NCBI GenBank assembly: GCA_046292385.1
Contig: JBKBRF010000001.1
Coordinates: 159,305 to 223,304 of the forward strand
Origin: Armatimonadota bacterium
Lineage (GTDB): Bacteria > Armatimonadota > SYMT01
Length of the DNA stretch: 64,000 nt
Reading direction: 5' to 3'
Made by a program: the position numbers and the translations under genes. This document shows, piece by piece, positions 51,128 to 61,532 of this stretch. Positions within the stretch are counted from its first letter, which is position 1; each line of letters begins with the position of its first letter. The notes under the pieces were generated by a model that saw only the letters and a program-made list of their open reading frames with translations, made no database searches and was not told the origin of the DNA.

Positions 51128-51945
51128 CGACCGGCGCGCTCCGAGTGGTGCTCTACGAAGGCGAAGGCAGCCGCCCGCTGCCCTCGGACGATCGGTACGC
51201 AATCCTGCGGTCGCTCCTGGAGAAGGGGTACTCGGTGACGCGCTCGCTCCCGGGCGGCCGGGTCGGCGCGGCGGGCAGCGATCCGCTCCTGGTGCTCGGC
51301 GACTTCGAAGGACCAGAGCCGCCCACCGCCGAGGACGCCGCGGGCGCGGTGCCGGTGCAGGTACGCGGGATCGCGGAGGTGCCGGCAGAGCAGGTGGTCT
51401 CGCTGGTGGAGGAAGTGGGCCAGAGCCTGGAAGCGCCGAAGCCGGGCGGCTGGAAGCCGTGGTTCCCGGTGATCGACTACGACCGCTGCACCAACTGCAT
51501 GCAGTGCCTAAGCTTCTGCCTCTTCGACGTCTACGGCGTGAAAGACGGCAAGATCGACGTCCGCAACCAGAACCACTGCAAGACCGACTGCCCCGCCTGC
51601 TCCCGCGTCTGCCCGGAGGTGGCGATCCTCTTCCCGAAGTACCGCTCCGGCCCGATCAACGGCGACGAGATCAATGAAGAGGACCTGCGCCGGGAAGCGA
51701 TGAAGGTCGATATCTCCGCGCTCCTCGGCGGGGACATCTACCAGATGCTGCGGGACCGCAGTGAAAAGGCGAAGTCACGCTTTTCCAAGGAACGGGACGA
51801 GAGCCGCGCGCTCAAAGAGCGCATGCGCTGCCTCGCCCAGCTTCAGAAAGATCTCGACATCCCCCCGGAAGTGCTCGCCACCCTCCCCTCGGCGGAGCAG
51901 ATCCAGTCCCGCCTGGCAAACGCCGCGGAAGAAGGACAGGCCTGA
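51124..51945 (+). CDS. Ferredoxin-domain protein (2x[4Fe-4S])
   Basis: CTNCMQCLSFC and CKTDCPACSRVCP; ATGA overlap. Confidence 0.85.
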   Translation: MTTGALRVVLYEGEGSRPLPSDDRYAILRSLLEKGYSVTRSLPGGRVGAAGSDPLLVLGDFEGPEPPTAEDAAGAVPVQVRGIAEVPAEQVVSLVEEVGQSLEAPKPGGWKPWFPVIDYDRCTNCMQCLSFCLFDVYGVKDGKIDVRNQNHCKTDCPACSRVCPEVAILFPKYRSGPINGDEINEEDLRREAMKVDISALLGGDIYQMLRDRSEKAKSRFSKERDESRALKERMRCLAQLQKDLDIPPEVLATLPSAEQIQSRLANAAEEGQA

Positions 51946-51948
51946 CCG

Positions 51949-53139
51949 ATGATGGTGCAGTTCGCCCGCCGGATGATGACGGAGCCGGATCCCCGGCTCC
52001 TCTGGAAAATCGGCTACAACTTCGGCTTCAAGGGGATGCTCTCCGTCAACCGCTTCAAGAAGCGGCTCAAGCAGGGGATCCACTTCCCGCCGTTCCTCTT
52101 CATCTCGATCATCAATAGCTGCCAGCTCCGCTGCCAGGGCTGCTGGGTCGACGTCGCCTCCCCCCGCAAGATGATCACGCTGGAGGAGATGAACCGGATC
52201 ATCAACGACGCCAAGCGCCACGGGAACAGCTTCTTCGGCATCCTGGGCGGCGAGCCGTTCCTCCACCCGCAGCTTCTCGACATCCTGGCGGCCCACCCGG
52301 ACTGCTACTTCCAGATCTTCACCAACGGCCAGCTCATCACCGACGAGGTGGCGAAGGAGCTGCGCCGTCTCGGGAATGCGAGCCCGCTCATCAGCATCGA
52401 GGGCACCGAGATCGTCAGCGACGCGCGCCGCGGCCGGCTCAACGTGCTGAACAAGACGCTGGAAGGGCTGGCGAACTGCCGCAAGCACCGCCTGATCACC
52501 GGTGTGGCGACCAGCGTCTGCCAGACCAACATCGACCTGGTGAGCGAGTCGTGGCTCCGTAAGCTGATCGATCTTGGAGCCCACTACGCCTGGTTCCACA
52601 CCTATCGGGTAGTCGGCCCCGTTCCGCACTCGGAGCTGGCGCTCTCGCCGGAGCAGGTGCTGCAGGTGCGGCGGTTCGTCGTCGAGATGCGCAAGAAGCT
52701 CCCGATCGCGATCGTCGACGCCTACTGGGACGACAAGGGCGAAGCGCTCTGCCCCATGGCGACCGGCGTGAGCCACCACATCGGCCCCGGCGGCGACATC
52801 GAGCCGTGCCCGATCATCCAGTTCGCCCGGGAGAACATCCGGGACCGGGAGAGCCTCTACGAGACGCTCACCGGCTCCGAGTTCCTGCAGGACTTCCGCC
52901 GCACCGCCGCGAAGGCGACCCGCGGGTGCATCGTGCTGGAGCGCCCGGACCTGGTGCAGGAGCTGGTCGCCCGCCACGGCGCGCGAGACACCACCCAGCG
53001 CGGCACCGCGCTGGCGGAGATGGCGGCGCTGGAGCCGCGCACCAGCCAGCACAACCCCGGCAACGAGATTCCGGAAGACCACTGGGCCTACCGGTTCGCA
53101 AAGAAGCACTGGTTCTTCGGATTCGGAGCCTACACCTAA
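51949..53139 (+). CDS. Radical SAM enzyme with SPASM/twitch-like C-terminus
   Basis: CQLRCQGC, GGEP, FTNG, CPM..G...IGPGGDIEPCP, GC. Confidence 0.9.
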   Translation: MMVQFARRMMTEPDPRLLWKIGYNFGFKGMLSVNRFKKRLKQGIHFPPFLFISIINSCQLRCQGCWVDVASPRKMITLEEMNRIINDAKRHGNSFFGILGGEPFLHPQLLDILAAHPDCYFQIFTNGQLITDEVAKELRRLGNASPLISIEGTEIVSDARRGRLNVLNKTLEGLANCRKHRLITGVATSVCQTNIDLVSESWLRKLIDLGAHYAWFHTYRVVGPVPHSELALSPEQVLQVRRFVVEMRKKLPIAIVDAYWDDKGEALCPMATGVSHHIGPGGDIEPCPIIQFARENIRDRESLYETLTGSEFLQDFRRTAAKATRGCIVLERPDLVQELVARHGARDTTQRGTALAEMAALEPRTSQHNPGNEIPEDHWAYRFAKKHWFFGFGAYT

Positions 53140-53219
53140 AAGCTAAAGGCTAAAGGCTAAAGGCTAAAGGCTAAAGGCTAAAGGCTAAAGGCTAAAGGCT
53201 AAAGGCTAAAGGCTAAAGG
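53136..53219 (+). repeat. Heptamer tandem repeat CTAAAAG + (CTAAAGG)x11
   Basis: First unit contains the radical SAM TAA stop. Confidence 0.95.
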
Positions 53220-53237
53220 CCTGCCTAACACCGATAG

Positions 53238-53337
53238 CTCCCCTCTCCTCGCAGGAGAGGGGCCGGGGGTGAGGCCGCGGTCGAATGCCTGGCTCTCGTG
53301 CACGCTGTCGGTCATCCTGAACGGAGTGAAGGATCTC
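53238..53337. repeat. REP-like elements (CCCTCTCC..GGAGAGGGGCCGGGGGTGAGG; GTCATCCTGAACGGAGTGAAGGATCTC)
   Basis: First is the reverse complement of 61533-61570 with one mismatch. Confidence 0.75.
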
Positions 53338-53457
53338 GGCAGCCGGATTGGGACGAGAAACGCATGAGGGTGAAGTGGTAGCGCCCCCGGCGAAGTGAGA
53401 GTCTTCCGGCAGAACCTGCCGAAAGCAGCAGAGACGCTACGAAAAGGGACCCCACGC

Positions 53458-55173
53458 ATGCAGCAGCTTCCGATATTGCAGCTTCCGCGCGCCGTGCCGC
53501 CGGAGCGAGAGCGCCAGCCGCAGGCGAACATTCCGCAAACCCGCGGCGAGCGGGAGAAGGCGAAGGAGCTGGCCGCCGCCTACGTGGAGAAGACGCGCCC
53601 GGTGACGCCGCTCTCCGCCGCGGAGCTGCGGGAGCACGCGGAGGCGTTCGTCCGCCAGTACGAGCTCTCCGGGGCCTACACCGACTACTACGGGGTGCTG
53701 CTGAACAACGAGGCGTGGCGGGAGCACCTGGCGGGCATCCCGTACGAGCGGCGGCTCCTGCTGCTGCCAAAGTGCCTGCGCGTGGAAGACAAGTGCCCCG
53801 CGCCGTTCGACGACTTCGGACTGCTCTGCAAGCGCTGCGGCCTCTGCTCCATCCAGGAGCTCCAGGAAGAGGCGGAGCGGCTCGGCTACGCCGTGCTGGT
53901 GGCGGAGGGCTCCGCGCTGGTGATGGCGATCATCCAGACCGGAAGGATCGACGCGATCGTCGGCGTGAGCTGCCTGAACGTGCTGGAGCGGGCCTTCCCG
54001 TATATGGAAGCCGCCGCCGTCCCCGGCATCGCGATCCCGCTGCTGCAGGATGACTGCAAAGACACCTCGGTCGACATGGAGTGGATCTGGGACGTGATCC
54101 ACCTGACCAGCGACGACCGCACGCGCCGGATGGACCTGGACGGGCTGCGGCGGCGGGTCGACGCCTGGTTCACCCCGGAGGCGCTGGCGGAGCTGCTCGG
54201 CCCCGCGGCGGGGGAGACCGACGAGATCGCCCGGGGCTGGCTCGCTCGCGCCGGCAAGCGGTGGCGGCCGTTCCTCACCGTCTGCGCCTGGAGCGCGCTG
54301 CAAGAGGACCCGAACGCGGAGCCGCCGGCCGACCTGCGCCGCATCGCTCTCGCGGTGGAGTGCTTCCACAAGGCGTCGCTGATCCACGACGACATCGAGG
54401 ACCAGGACGAGCGCCGCTACGGCGAGCGCACGCTCCACGAGGAGCACGGGGTGCCGGTGGCGCTGAACGTGGGCGACCTGCTCCTGGGCGAGGGCTACCG
54501 CCTCCTGGCGGAGTGCGAGGCGCCGGCGCCGGTCCGCTCGGAGATGCTGCGCCTGGCCGCCTCCGGCCACCGCACGCTCTGCCTGGGGCAGGGCGCGGAG
54601 CTGAGCTGGACCCGCGCGCCGCGGCCGCTGTCGTCGCTGGAAGTGCTCGACATCTTCCGTCGCAAGACCGCGCCCGCGTTCGAGGTCGCGCTGCGGCTCG
54701 GGGCGGTCTACGCCGGGGCCGGGCCGGAGGTGGCGGAGGTGCTGGCGCGCTACAGCGAGGCGCTCGGCATTGCCTACCAGATCCGCGACGACCTGAGCGA
54801 CCTGGAGAACCCGCAGGACGGCGACGACCTCGCCGCCGCGCGGCCGACGCTGCCGCTGGCCGTCGCGCTGGAGAAGTCGAAGAAGGACGACCGCGAGCTG
54901 CTGGAGGCGGCGTGGCGGCGGGAGGCGGTCGACCCGGAGGCGGTGCGCGCCGCGATCTCCCGGCTGCAGGCGGACGAGCGCTGCCGCGCGCTGCTCGACT
55001 CCTACAAGGAAGAGGCGGTGCGCTCGCTGGTGGAGCTGGAGCATCCGAGCCTGAAGGGGCTGCTCCGCCGCGTGATCAGCAAGATCTTCAGCATCGAGGT
55101 AAAGGGCTGGTGCAGTGAGTTTGAGGCTCGAAATGCTGCAGGTCGCGAGGCTGGCACCGCGGCTGCTGTCTGA
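53458..55173 (+). CDS. DUF116-polyprenyl diphosphate synthase fusion
   Basis: N-terminal RRLLLLPKCLR..C..CKRCGLC..GVSC (DUF116-like); GKRWRP, HDDIED (FARM), GQG, KTA, QIRDDLSD (SARM). Confidence 0.88.
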   Translation: MQQLPILQLPRAVPPERERQPQANIPQTRGEREKAKELAAAYVEKTRPVTPLSAAELREHAEAFVRQYELSGAYTDYYGVLLNNEAWREHLAGIPYERRLLLLPKCLRVEDKCPAPFDDFGLLCKRCGLCSIQELQEEAERLGYAVLVAEGSALVMAIIQTGRIDAIVGVSCLNVLERAFPYMEAAAVPGIAIPLLQDDCKDTSVDMEWIWDVIHLTSDDRTRRMDLDGLRRRVDAWFTPEALAELLGPAAGETDEIARGWLARAGKRWRPFLTVCAWSALQEDPNAEPPADLRRIALAVECFHKASLIHDDIEDQDERRYGERTLHEEHGVPVALNVGDLLLGEGYRLLAECEAPAPVRSEMLRLAASGHRTLCLGQGAELSWTRAPRPLSSLEVLDIFRRKTAPAFEVALRLGAVYAGAGPEVAEVLARYSEALGIAYQIRDDLSDLENPQDGDDLAAARPTLPLAVALEKSKKDDRELLEAAWRREAVDPEAVRAAISRLQADERCRALLDSYKEEAVRSLVELEHPSLKGLLRRVISKIFSIEVKGWCSEFEARNAAGREAGTAAAV

Positions 55174-55999
55174 TTCCGCCGAGCTCGTCGCCGACTTCCT
55201 GCGCTCCCAGCTCCACCCGGACGGCGGCTTCTGCGACCGCGCCGGGGAGAGCGACCTCTACTACACCGTCTTCGGCCTGGAGGGCCTGCTCGCTCTCCAG
55301 GCCGACCTGCCGGTCTCGCAGATCGCCGCCTACCTGCGCCGCTTCGGCGACGGGGACGGCCTCGACTTCATCCATCTCACCTGCCTCGCCCGCGGCTGGG
55401 CCGCGCTGCCGCTGCCGCTGCGCGCGGAGGTGCCGAGAGACGCCATCGCCGCCCGGCTGGAGACGCACCGCTCCGCGGACGGCGGCTATCACACGGAGCC
55501 AGGGACGGAGCGGGGCACCGTCTACGGCTGCTTCATGGCGCTCGGCGGCTACCAGGACCTGGGACTGCCGCTGCCCGATCCGGAGGGGGTGCTGCGGTGT
55601 GTCCGCAGCCTGCGCGCGTTCGACGGCGGCTACGCCAACCAGGAAGAGGTCCCGATGGGGCTCACTCCCTCCACGGCGGCGGCGGCGACCCTGCTCCGCC
55701 ACCTGGGCGAGCCGGCGGAGCCGGCGCTGGCGGAGTGGCTGCTGGCGCGCTGCCTGCCGGAAGGCGGCTTCTTCGCGACGCCGGTCGCGCCGATCCCCGA
55801 CCTCCTCTCCACCGCCACCGCGCTTCACGCCCTCTCCGGCCTGAAAGCGGACTACGAGGCGGTGCGGGAGCCGTGCCTCGACTTCGTCGACAGCCTCTGG
55901 ACCAACCGCGGCGCCTTCTACGGCAACTGGACCGACGACTGCGCCGACTGCGAGTACACCTACTACGGCCTCCTCTCGCTGGGGCATCTGAGCCTGTGA
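55115..55999 (+). CDS. Prenyltransferase/squalene-oxidase-repeat protein (single alpha6-alpha6 barrel, PTase-beta-like)
   Basis: Repeats QLHPDGGF, HRSADGGY, LRAFDGGY, CLPEGGF, each followed by (D)L..T helices; ends ADCEYTYYGL. Confidence 0.8.
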   Translation: MSLRLEMLQVARLAPRLLSDSAELVADFLRSQLHPDGGFCDRAGESDLYYTVFGLEGLLALQADLPVSQIAAYLRRFGDGDGLDFIHLTCLARGWAALPLPLRAEVPRDAIAARLETHRSADGGYHTEPGTERGTVYGCFMALGGYQDLGLPLPDPEGVLRCVRSLRAFDGGYANQEEVPMGLTPSTAAAATLLRHLGEPAEPALAEWLLARCLPEGGFFATPVAPIPDLLSTATALHALSGLKADYEAVREPCLDFVDSLWTNRGAFYGNWTDDCADCEYTYYGLLSLGHLSL

Positions 56000-56009
56000 G
56001 GGGCCGCGC

Positions 56010-57857
56010 GTGATCGACCTCCGTACCCTCGACGAGACCCTCGCCGCCTCCCGCGCGCGCCTGCTCTCGGAGCGGAACGCCGCGGGCCACTGGGAGGGGG
56101 AGCTCTCCTCCAGCGCCCTCTCCACCGCCACCGCCCTCTTCGCCCTGCACCTGGCGGGGCGTGTCCGCCCGGACGATCCGGACTACTCCGAGCTGGTGCG
56201 GGGTGGGGTCCGCTGGCTGACGGAGCACCGGAACGCGGACGGCGGCTGGGGCGACACCACTCTGAGCGTGAGCAACATCAGCACCACGGCGCTCTGCTGG
56301 GCCGCGCTCTCCGCCGTGCTCGGTCCGGACGCCGAGCCGGTGCGGGCCGCGGAAGCCTGGCTCCAGCAGGCCGCCGGCTCGACGGAGCCCGCGCCGCTCG
56401 CCCGCGCCATCGCAGACCGGTACGGGAAAGACCGCACCTTCTCCGTCCCGATCCTCACGATGTGCGCGCTCGCCGGCCGGCTGGGGAAAGGCGTCGAGGG
56501 CTGGCGCCACGTGCCGCACCTGCCGTTCGAGCTCGCCGCCTGCCCGCACGACTGGTTCCGCTGGCTCAAGCTCCCGGTCGTGAGCTACGCCCTCCCGGCG
56601 CTGATCGCCATCGGCCAGGCGGGGCACTACCACCGGCCGTCGTGGAACCCGGCCGGGCGCCTGGTCCGTGCGCTGGCGAAGCCGCGGACGCTGCGGGTGC
56701 TGGAAGAGATCCAGCCGGAAGGGGGCGGCTTCCTGGAGGCGACCCCGCTGACCAGTTTCGTCGCGATGAGCCTGCTTGGAGCGGGGGAGGGGCGGCAGCC
56801 GGTGGTGACCCGCTGCCTGGAGTTCCTCGTCCGCTCCGTACGTCCCGACGGAAGCTGGCCGATCGACACCAATCTCGCCACCTGGGTCACCACGCTCTCC
56901 GTGAACGCGCTCGCCGCTGGCGATGCGGTGGAGAGCGCGCTGGGAGACGACGCCGGCACCCTCCTCGCCTGGCTGCTGCGCCAGCAGTACCGGGAGGTGC
57001 ACCCCTACACCCGCGCGGCGCCGGGCGGCTGGGCCTGGACCGACCTCCCCGGCGGCGTCCCGGACGCGGACGACACGCCCGGAGCGCTCCTGGCGCTGCG
57101 CCACCTCGGTCCGCCGACACCGGAGGTGCGCTCCGCAGCGGACGCCGGGGTCACCTGGCTCCTCGACCTCCAGAACGCCGACGGCGGGATGCCGACCTTC
57201 TGCCGCGGCTGGGGAGCGCTCCCGTTCGACCGCAGCGGGGCAGACCTCACCGCCCACGCGCTGCTCGCCTGGAACACGTGGCTGCCCGATCTTTCGCCTG
57301 CGGTAGCCGCGCGGGTTCGGCAGGCGATCCCCGCCGCGCTCCGCTACCTCGCCCGGGAACAGCGCCCCGACGGCGCCTGGCTCCCGCTCTGGTTCGGCAA
57401 CCAGCACGCCCACGATGATGCCAACCCGACCTACGGCACCGCCCGCGTGCTGATCGCCCTGGGTGCGCTCGATCCGGCGCGCTATCCGGAAGTCCGCACC
57501 CTCTCCGACCCGGCGGTCCGCTGGCTCCGGCAGGCCCAGAACCCCGACGGAAGCTGGGGCGGAGAGCGGGGCGTCCCCGGCTCCATCGAAGAGACCGCCC
57601 TCGGCGTCCATGCGCTTGCGGTATCCCCCGTCACGCCGGAAAGCGCGGCAGCCCTGGAGCGAGGCGCTGCATGGCTGATCGAGCAAACAGACGGCGGCAA
57701 GAGCTTCCCCGCGTCTCCGATCGGCTTCTACTTCGCCCGCCTCTGGTACTGGGAGCGTCTCTACCCCCTCATCTTCTCCGTCGCCGCCCTCGGCGCCGCG
57801 CGAAAGGCGCTCGGTAAGGGGAGCGTTCCCGAAACGGAGAACAAGACGGATGGGTAA
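56010..57857 (+). CDS. Squalene-hopene-cyclase-like class II terpene cyclase
   Basis: QW-type repeats (RNAAGHW, RNADGGW, RPDGSW, QNADGG, QRPDGAW, QNPDGSW), PGGW, PDADDT (DxDD). Confidence 0.85.
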   Translation: MIDLRTLDETLAASRARLLSERNAAGHWEGELSSSALSTATALFALHLAGRVRPDDPDYSELVRGGVRWLTEHRNADGGWGDTTLSVSNISTTALCWAALSAVLGPDAEPVRAAEAWLQQAAGSTEPAPLARAIADRYGKDRTFSVPILTMCALAGRLGKGVEGWRHVPHLPFELAACPHDWFRWLKLPVVSYALPALIAIGQAGHYHRPSWNPAGRLVRALAKPRTLRVLEEIQPEGGGFLEATPLTSFVAMSLLGAGEGRQPVVTRCLEFLVRSVRPDGSWPIDTNLATWVTTLSVNALAAGDAVESALGDDAGTLLAWLLRQQYREVHPYTRAAPGGWAWTDLPGGVPDADDTPGALLALRHLGPPTPEVRSAADAGVTWLLDLQNADGGMPTFCRGWGALPFDRSGADLTAHALLAWNTWLPDLSPAVAARVRQAIPAALRYLAREQRPDGAWLPLWFGNQHAHDDANPTYGTARVLIALGALDPARYPEVRTLSDPAVRWLRQAQNPDGSWGGERGVPGSIEETALGVHALAVSPVTPESAAALERGAAWLIEQTDGGKSFPASPIGFYFARLWYWERLYPLIFSVAALGAARKALGKGSVPETENKTDG

Positions 57858-58123
57858 CCGTTACTCGTCATCTGTCGCCCATCGGGCGTTTTGGCACGAC
57901 CACCGAGCCGCAGTCCGCCAACCGCCCTGGATATACCCGGCCACGGACATCCGAGGCGCACACGCAAGGATGTCCCCCTGGCAGCGAAGAAAAGCTCATC
58001 CGCGGGTTTGAGGCTGAGGATGATCGCCTCAAGAAGACGCTATAGCGTCACTCCGAAGCCCGTATTGGAGCCGTAGGTCGAAGACGCGGAGCCGTCGGGC
58101 GTTGAAGTCGCGAGAGGTGCGAT

Positions 58124-58390
58124 ATGGCTGGAAAATTCTTAGGACGTGACGCAATCATCGACACCATCAAGAGCGAGCAGCGGACTAACGCGATTCGGAA
58201 GCGGAGTGGGCTGACAAGGCACCCGGTCCGTGTTACCTCGTGCGGTTGCCCGGATCCCGCGTGCGGCGCATTCCATGTCATCGAGACCGACCGGCTAATC
58301 CCCACGCCAGAGGAGGCGGTAGCCCGGCTGGTAGATGATAATCGCAGGCGCAAGCCGATCAAGATTCATCGAAAGCACGAAGGGCGCTGA
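58124..58390 (+). CDS. Small hypothetical protein with CGCPDPAC motif
   Basis: 88 aa, RBS GAGGTG, lower GC than flanks. Confidence 0.55.
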   Translation: MAGKFLGRDAIIDTIKSEQRTNAIRKRSGLTRHPVRVTSCGCPDPACGAFHVIETDRLIPTPEEAVARLVDDNRRRKPIKIHRKHEGR

Positions 58391-58707
58391 TTAGAGTGGA
58401 CGGGATCATTCACGATGAACAGACCCGCTGGCCCCGGAGCTTTACGCGGCCAGCGTAGCTCGCAGTCCACGGCGTTCCGACAGATGCCGCCTCGGACGCC
58501 CAGGGCCCCCGCGAGATCGCTGCGGCTGCAGTTTGAACGACCACTGCTGTCGGCCCTCGCGCTGTGCCATGGGGGCTCGCCTGGTCCTCGGGATAGCTCC
58601 GACCTGGAGAAGGAGTAGGAGTAGGAGCTGAGGCCGTTGGCTGCCTCCTCCCCCTCATCCCCGTTCCCCATCCCCACATCTCCTTTTCTTACACGCTCTG
58701 GGTTCGT

Positions 58708-58737
58708 TTGACTTCGTTCTGAGCCACCGAGTATACT
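58708..58737 (+). promoter_or_regulatory. Sigma70-type promoter of ffh
   Basis: TTGACT-N18-TATACT about 30 nt upstream of the ffh ATG. Confidence 0.65.
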
Positions 58738-58769
58738 GGTCGGGTTTGCCGGTGGACCGGCGCGACACC

Positions 58770-60113
<1,344 letters not shown>

Positions 60114-60190
60114 TCGGCTCCGCCGCGGGCACACCGCTCCCGGCGGATTTATGCTACTCTTTACGCAGTTCGCAGCAGGAGGAGATTCCC

Positions 60191-60490
60191 TTGGTTCGTA
60201 TTCGTCTCACCCGCATGGGCTCGAAGAAGCGGCCCTTCTACCGCATCGTGGTCGCCAACTCGACGTCGCCTCGTGAAGGCCGCGCGATCGACCAGATCGG
60301 CTACTATGATCCGCTGACCGACCCGGCCACCATCAAGATCGACGCGCAGAAGGCGGGCGACTGGCTCCGCAAGGGCGCGCAGCCGACCGAGTCGGTGTCG
60401 CAGCTCTTCCGGCGCAGCGGCCTGCAGGAGCAGATCGACGCGGCCCGCACCGGAGCCGCGGCTCCCGCCGCGACCGCGACCGCCGAGTAA
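60191..60490 (+). CDS. rpsP: 30S ribosomal protein S16
   Basis: TTG start after [32 protein letters not shown]. Confidence 0.97.
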   Translation: MVRIRLTRMGSKKRPFYRIVVANSTSPREGRAIDQIGYYDPLTDPATIKIDAQKAGDWLRKGAQPTESVSQLFRRSGLQEQIDAARTGAAAPAATATAE

Positions 60491-60560
60491 GCGCCGCCCC
60501 TGAACGCCCGAAAAGGAGCGCACCGGCCGGTGCGCTCCGCGTGCTTGCGAGGAGGCTGAT

Positions 60561-60794
60561 ATGAGGGAAGTGGTGGACGTGCTGGTTCGCGCCCTCGTCG
60601 ACAACCCCGACGCCGTGACGGTGACCGAGGAAGATCGCCGGGGACGGACGGTCTTCCTCCGCGTGAACGTGGGCCCGGGCGACATGGGGAAGGTGATCGG
60701 CCGGCAGGGTCGCATCGCCAATGCCATTCGCCAGGTGGCGAGCGGCGTGGCGGCGCACGACGACCTCCGGGTGGTGGTAGATTTCAGCGACTAG
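60561..60794 (+). CDS. khpA: KH-domain RNA-binding protein KhpA/YlqC
   Basis: DMGKVIGRQGRIANAIR; position after rpsP. Confidence 0.9.
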   Translation: MREVVDVLVRALVDNPDAVTVTEEDRRGRTVFLRVNVGPGDMGKVIGRQGRIANAIRQVASGVAAHDDLRVVVDFSD

Positions 60795-60847
60795 CCTCGG
60801 GCGGCGCTGAACCGTCTCTCGCGGCTCGCCGCGGGTTGAACGTTCCG

Positions 60848-60882
60848 GAGAGTCCCGATTTGATGCGGGGCTCTCTTGTTTT
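60848..60882 (+). terminator. Intrinsic terminator after khpA
   Basis: GAGAGTCCCG-loop-CGGGGCTCTC followed by TTGTTTT. Confidence 0.65.
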
Positions 60883-60993
60883 GCGGGTAGAGGCGGACCG
60901 GGCCGCGGCGCGGCTCTCCGTCCTCTCTCCCTTCCATTACCGCAGCTACGACTGGTTCTGGCAGCCCTGCCGGAGCTTGCTGGAGAAGTCAGG

Positions 60994-61458
60994 ATGATCA
61001 TCAAGCGCAACGTACTGCTGAAGGCCGTCGTCACCGAGGGCCTGAAGTCGCAGCTCATCGAAGAAGTGCAGGAAGCGATCGGCCAGGTCGAGCAGGCCCA
61101 GGACGAGCTGGAGCGCCAGAGCCGGCGGCTGATGCTGGAGCTGCAGCGCACCGACATGAACCGCGCCATGGCGTTCCGCCAGCAGCTCGAGGTGGAGAAG
61201 CGCCGCCACGAGGATGCCAAGGCGGAGCTCCAGGAATCGCTCCGGCAGTACGAGGCGCTGGAGCTCGGCAGCGAGTTTACCCGCGGCGCCCTGGAGGGAA
61301 GCGTGGAGCTGAAGGTCGGCGACAACATCGCCGAGCGGCTCGGCCTGGCGGAGATCCTGATCGAAGACGACGTGATCAAGGAGATCCGGGACCCGGCCAA
61401 GCGCGAAGGCGACGCCCCGCGCGCGCCGAGCCGGCTAATCCTGCCCGGGCAGAAGTAG
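60994..61458 (+). CDS. YlqD family protein
   Basis: IKRNVLLKAVVT, coiled coil, G.LE..VELKVGDN, EILIED..I.EIR; syntenic position. Confidence 0.85.
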   Translation: MIIKRNVLLKAVVTEGLKSQLIEEVQEAIGQVEQAQDELERQSRRLMLELQRTDMNRAMAFRQQLEVEKRRHEDAKAELQESLRQYEALELGSEFTRGALEGSVELKVGDNIAERLGLAEILIEDDVIKEIRDPAKREGDAPRAPSRLILPGQK

Positions 61459-61532
61459 GCCCGAGGGGCGCGGACTGCGGCTGCGGGCGAGTGCCGGGTG
61501 GGTGCAGCACCCGGCCGGCGGTCCATTCTATC

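Noticed and set aside
56010..57857. Canonical hopanoid shc/hpn locus
   Set aside because: No hpnC/D/E or squalene synthase and no recognisable hpnG/H; symbol withheld
58391..58700. SRP RNA (ffs) or other ncRNA upstream of ffh
   Set aside because: Only a short hairpin and simple repeats; no recognisable SRP domain IV, tRNA or riboswitch by eye (an Infernal/Rfam scan would settle it)
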